Shown here piece by piece: positions 63,763-64,000 of a stretch of DNA of 64,000 nt (its first letter is position 1; every line of letters starts with the position of its first letter). The notes beneath the pieces are model-generated. The model had not been told where the DNA came from, did no database searches, and saw only the letters and a program-made list of their open reading frames with translations. The position numbers were made by a program, and so were the translations under genes. Source of the stretch: Octopus vulgaris (lineage: Eukaryota). The stretch is taken from the NCBI GenBank assembly GCA_951406725.2, contig OX597841.1, positions 23,684,001 to 23,748,000 of the forward strand, given 5' to 3'.

Positions 63763-64000
63763 TACATTACCTTGTAGCTTCAAGTGAGTGTTTGCTTTTA
63801 GAAGAATATTGTAGGGTAGGTGTGAGGGGCCAAATCTGGTCTGTGTGAGCATATCACAAGTGGAATACTGTGGCCGGATATGCCTGGTTTAAATGCTAAA
63901 GAGTTTATCATACATTACTTTGTAGCTTCAAGTGAGTGTTTGTTTTTAGAAGACTATTGTAGGGTTGGTGTGAGAGGCTGGATCTGCCCAGTCTTAACAT

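Overview
Eukaryotic, AT-rich, repeat-saturated DNA. The SINE/LINE/Helitron families and microsatellite load suggest an octopus (coleoid cephalopod) genome; this is an inference. The only confidently recognisable gene is CHTOP (chromatin target of PRMT1/FOP) on the + strand. Its first two coding exons are 47044-47105 (MAQVPAKIVLKSTTRMSLNDR) and 58469-58622 (FTNIQK...[23 protein letters not shown]), separated by an 11.4-kb phase-2 intron, and the gene continues past the window. The rest is tRNA-derived SINEs, CR1/RTE LINE fragments, a Tc1/mariner remnant, non-autonomous Helitrons, hAT and piggyBac-like MITEs, Penelope-like palindromes and tandem arrays. Main leads: (1) the CHTOP intron carries an immediate stop on retention, a nested ~280-nt GC-rich stem-loop and a stop-generating upstream acceptor, resembling vertebrate CHTOP autoregulation; (2) a young 9 x 246-bp array in the next intron fuses a SINE Pol III head to an inverted copy of intron sequence 9 kb upstream, so dsRNA arms flank exon 58469-58622; (3) minimal, core-variant hammerhead ribozyme motifs lie in Penelope-like palindromes; (4) a minisatellite has formed at a LINE/target-site junction inside a mariner. 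Almost all listed ORFs are artefacts of repeats. Everything was read by eye, so repeat boundaries are approximate.
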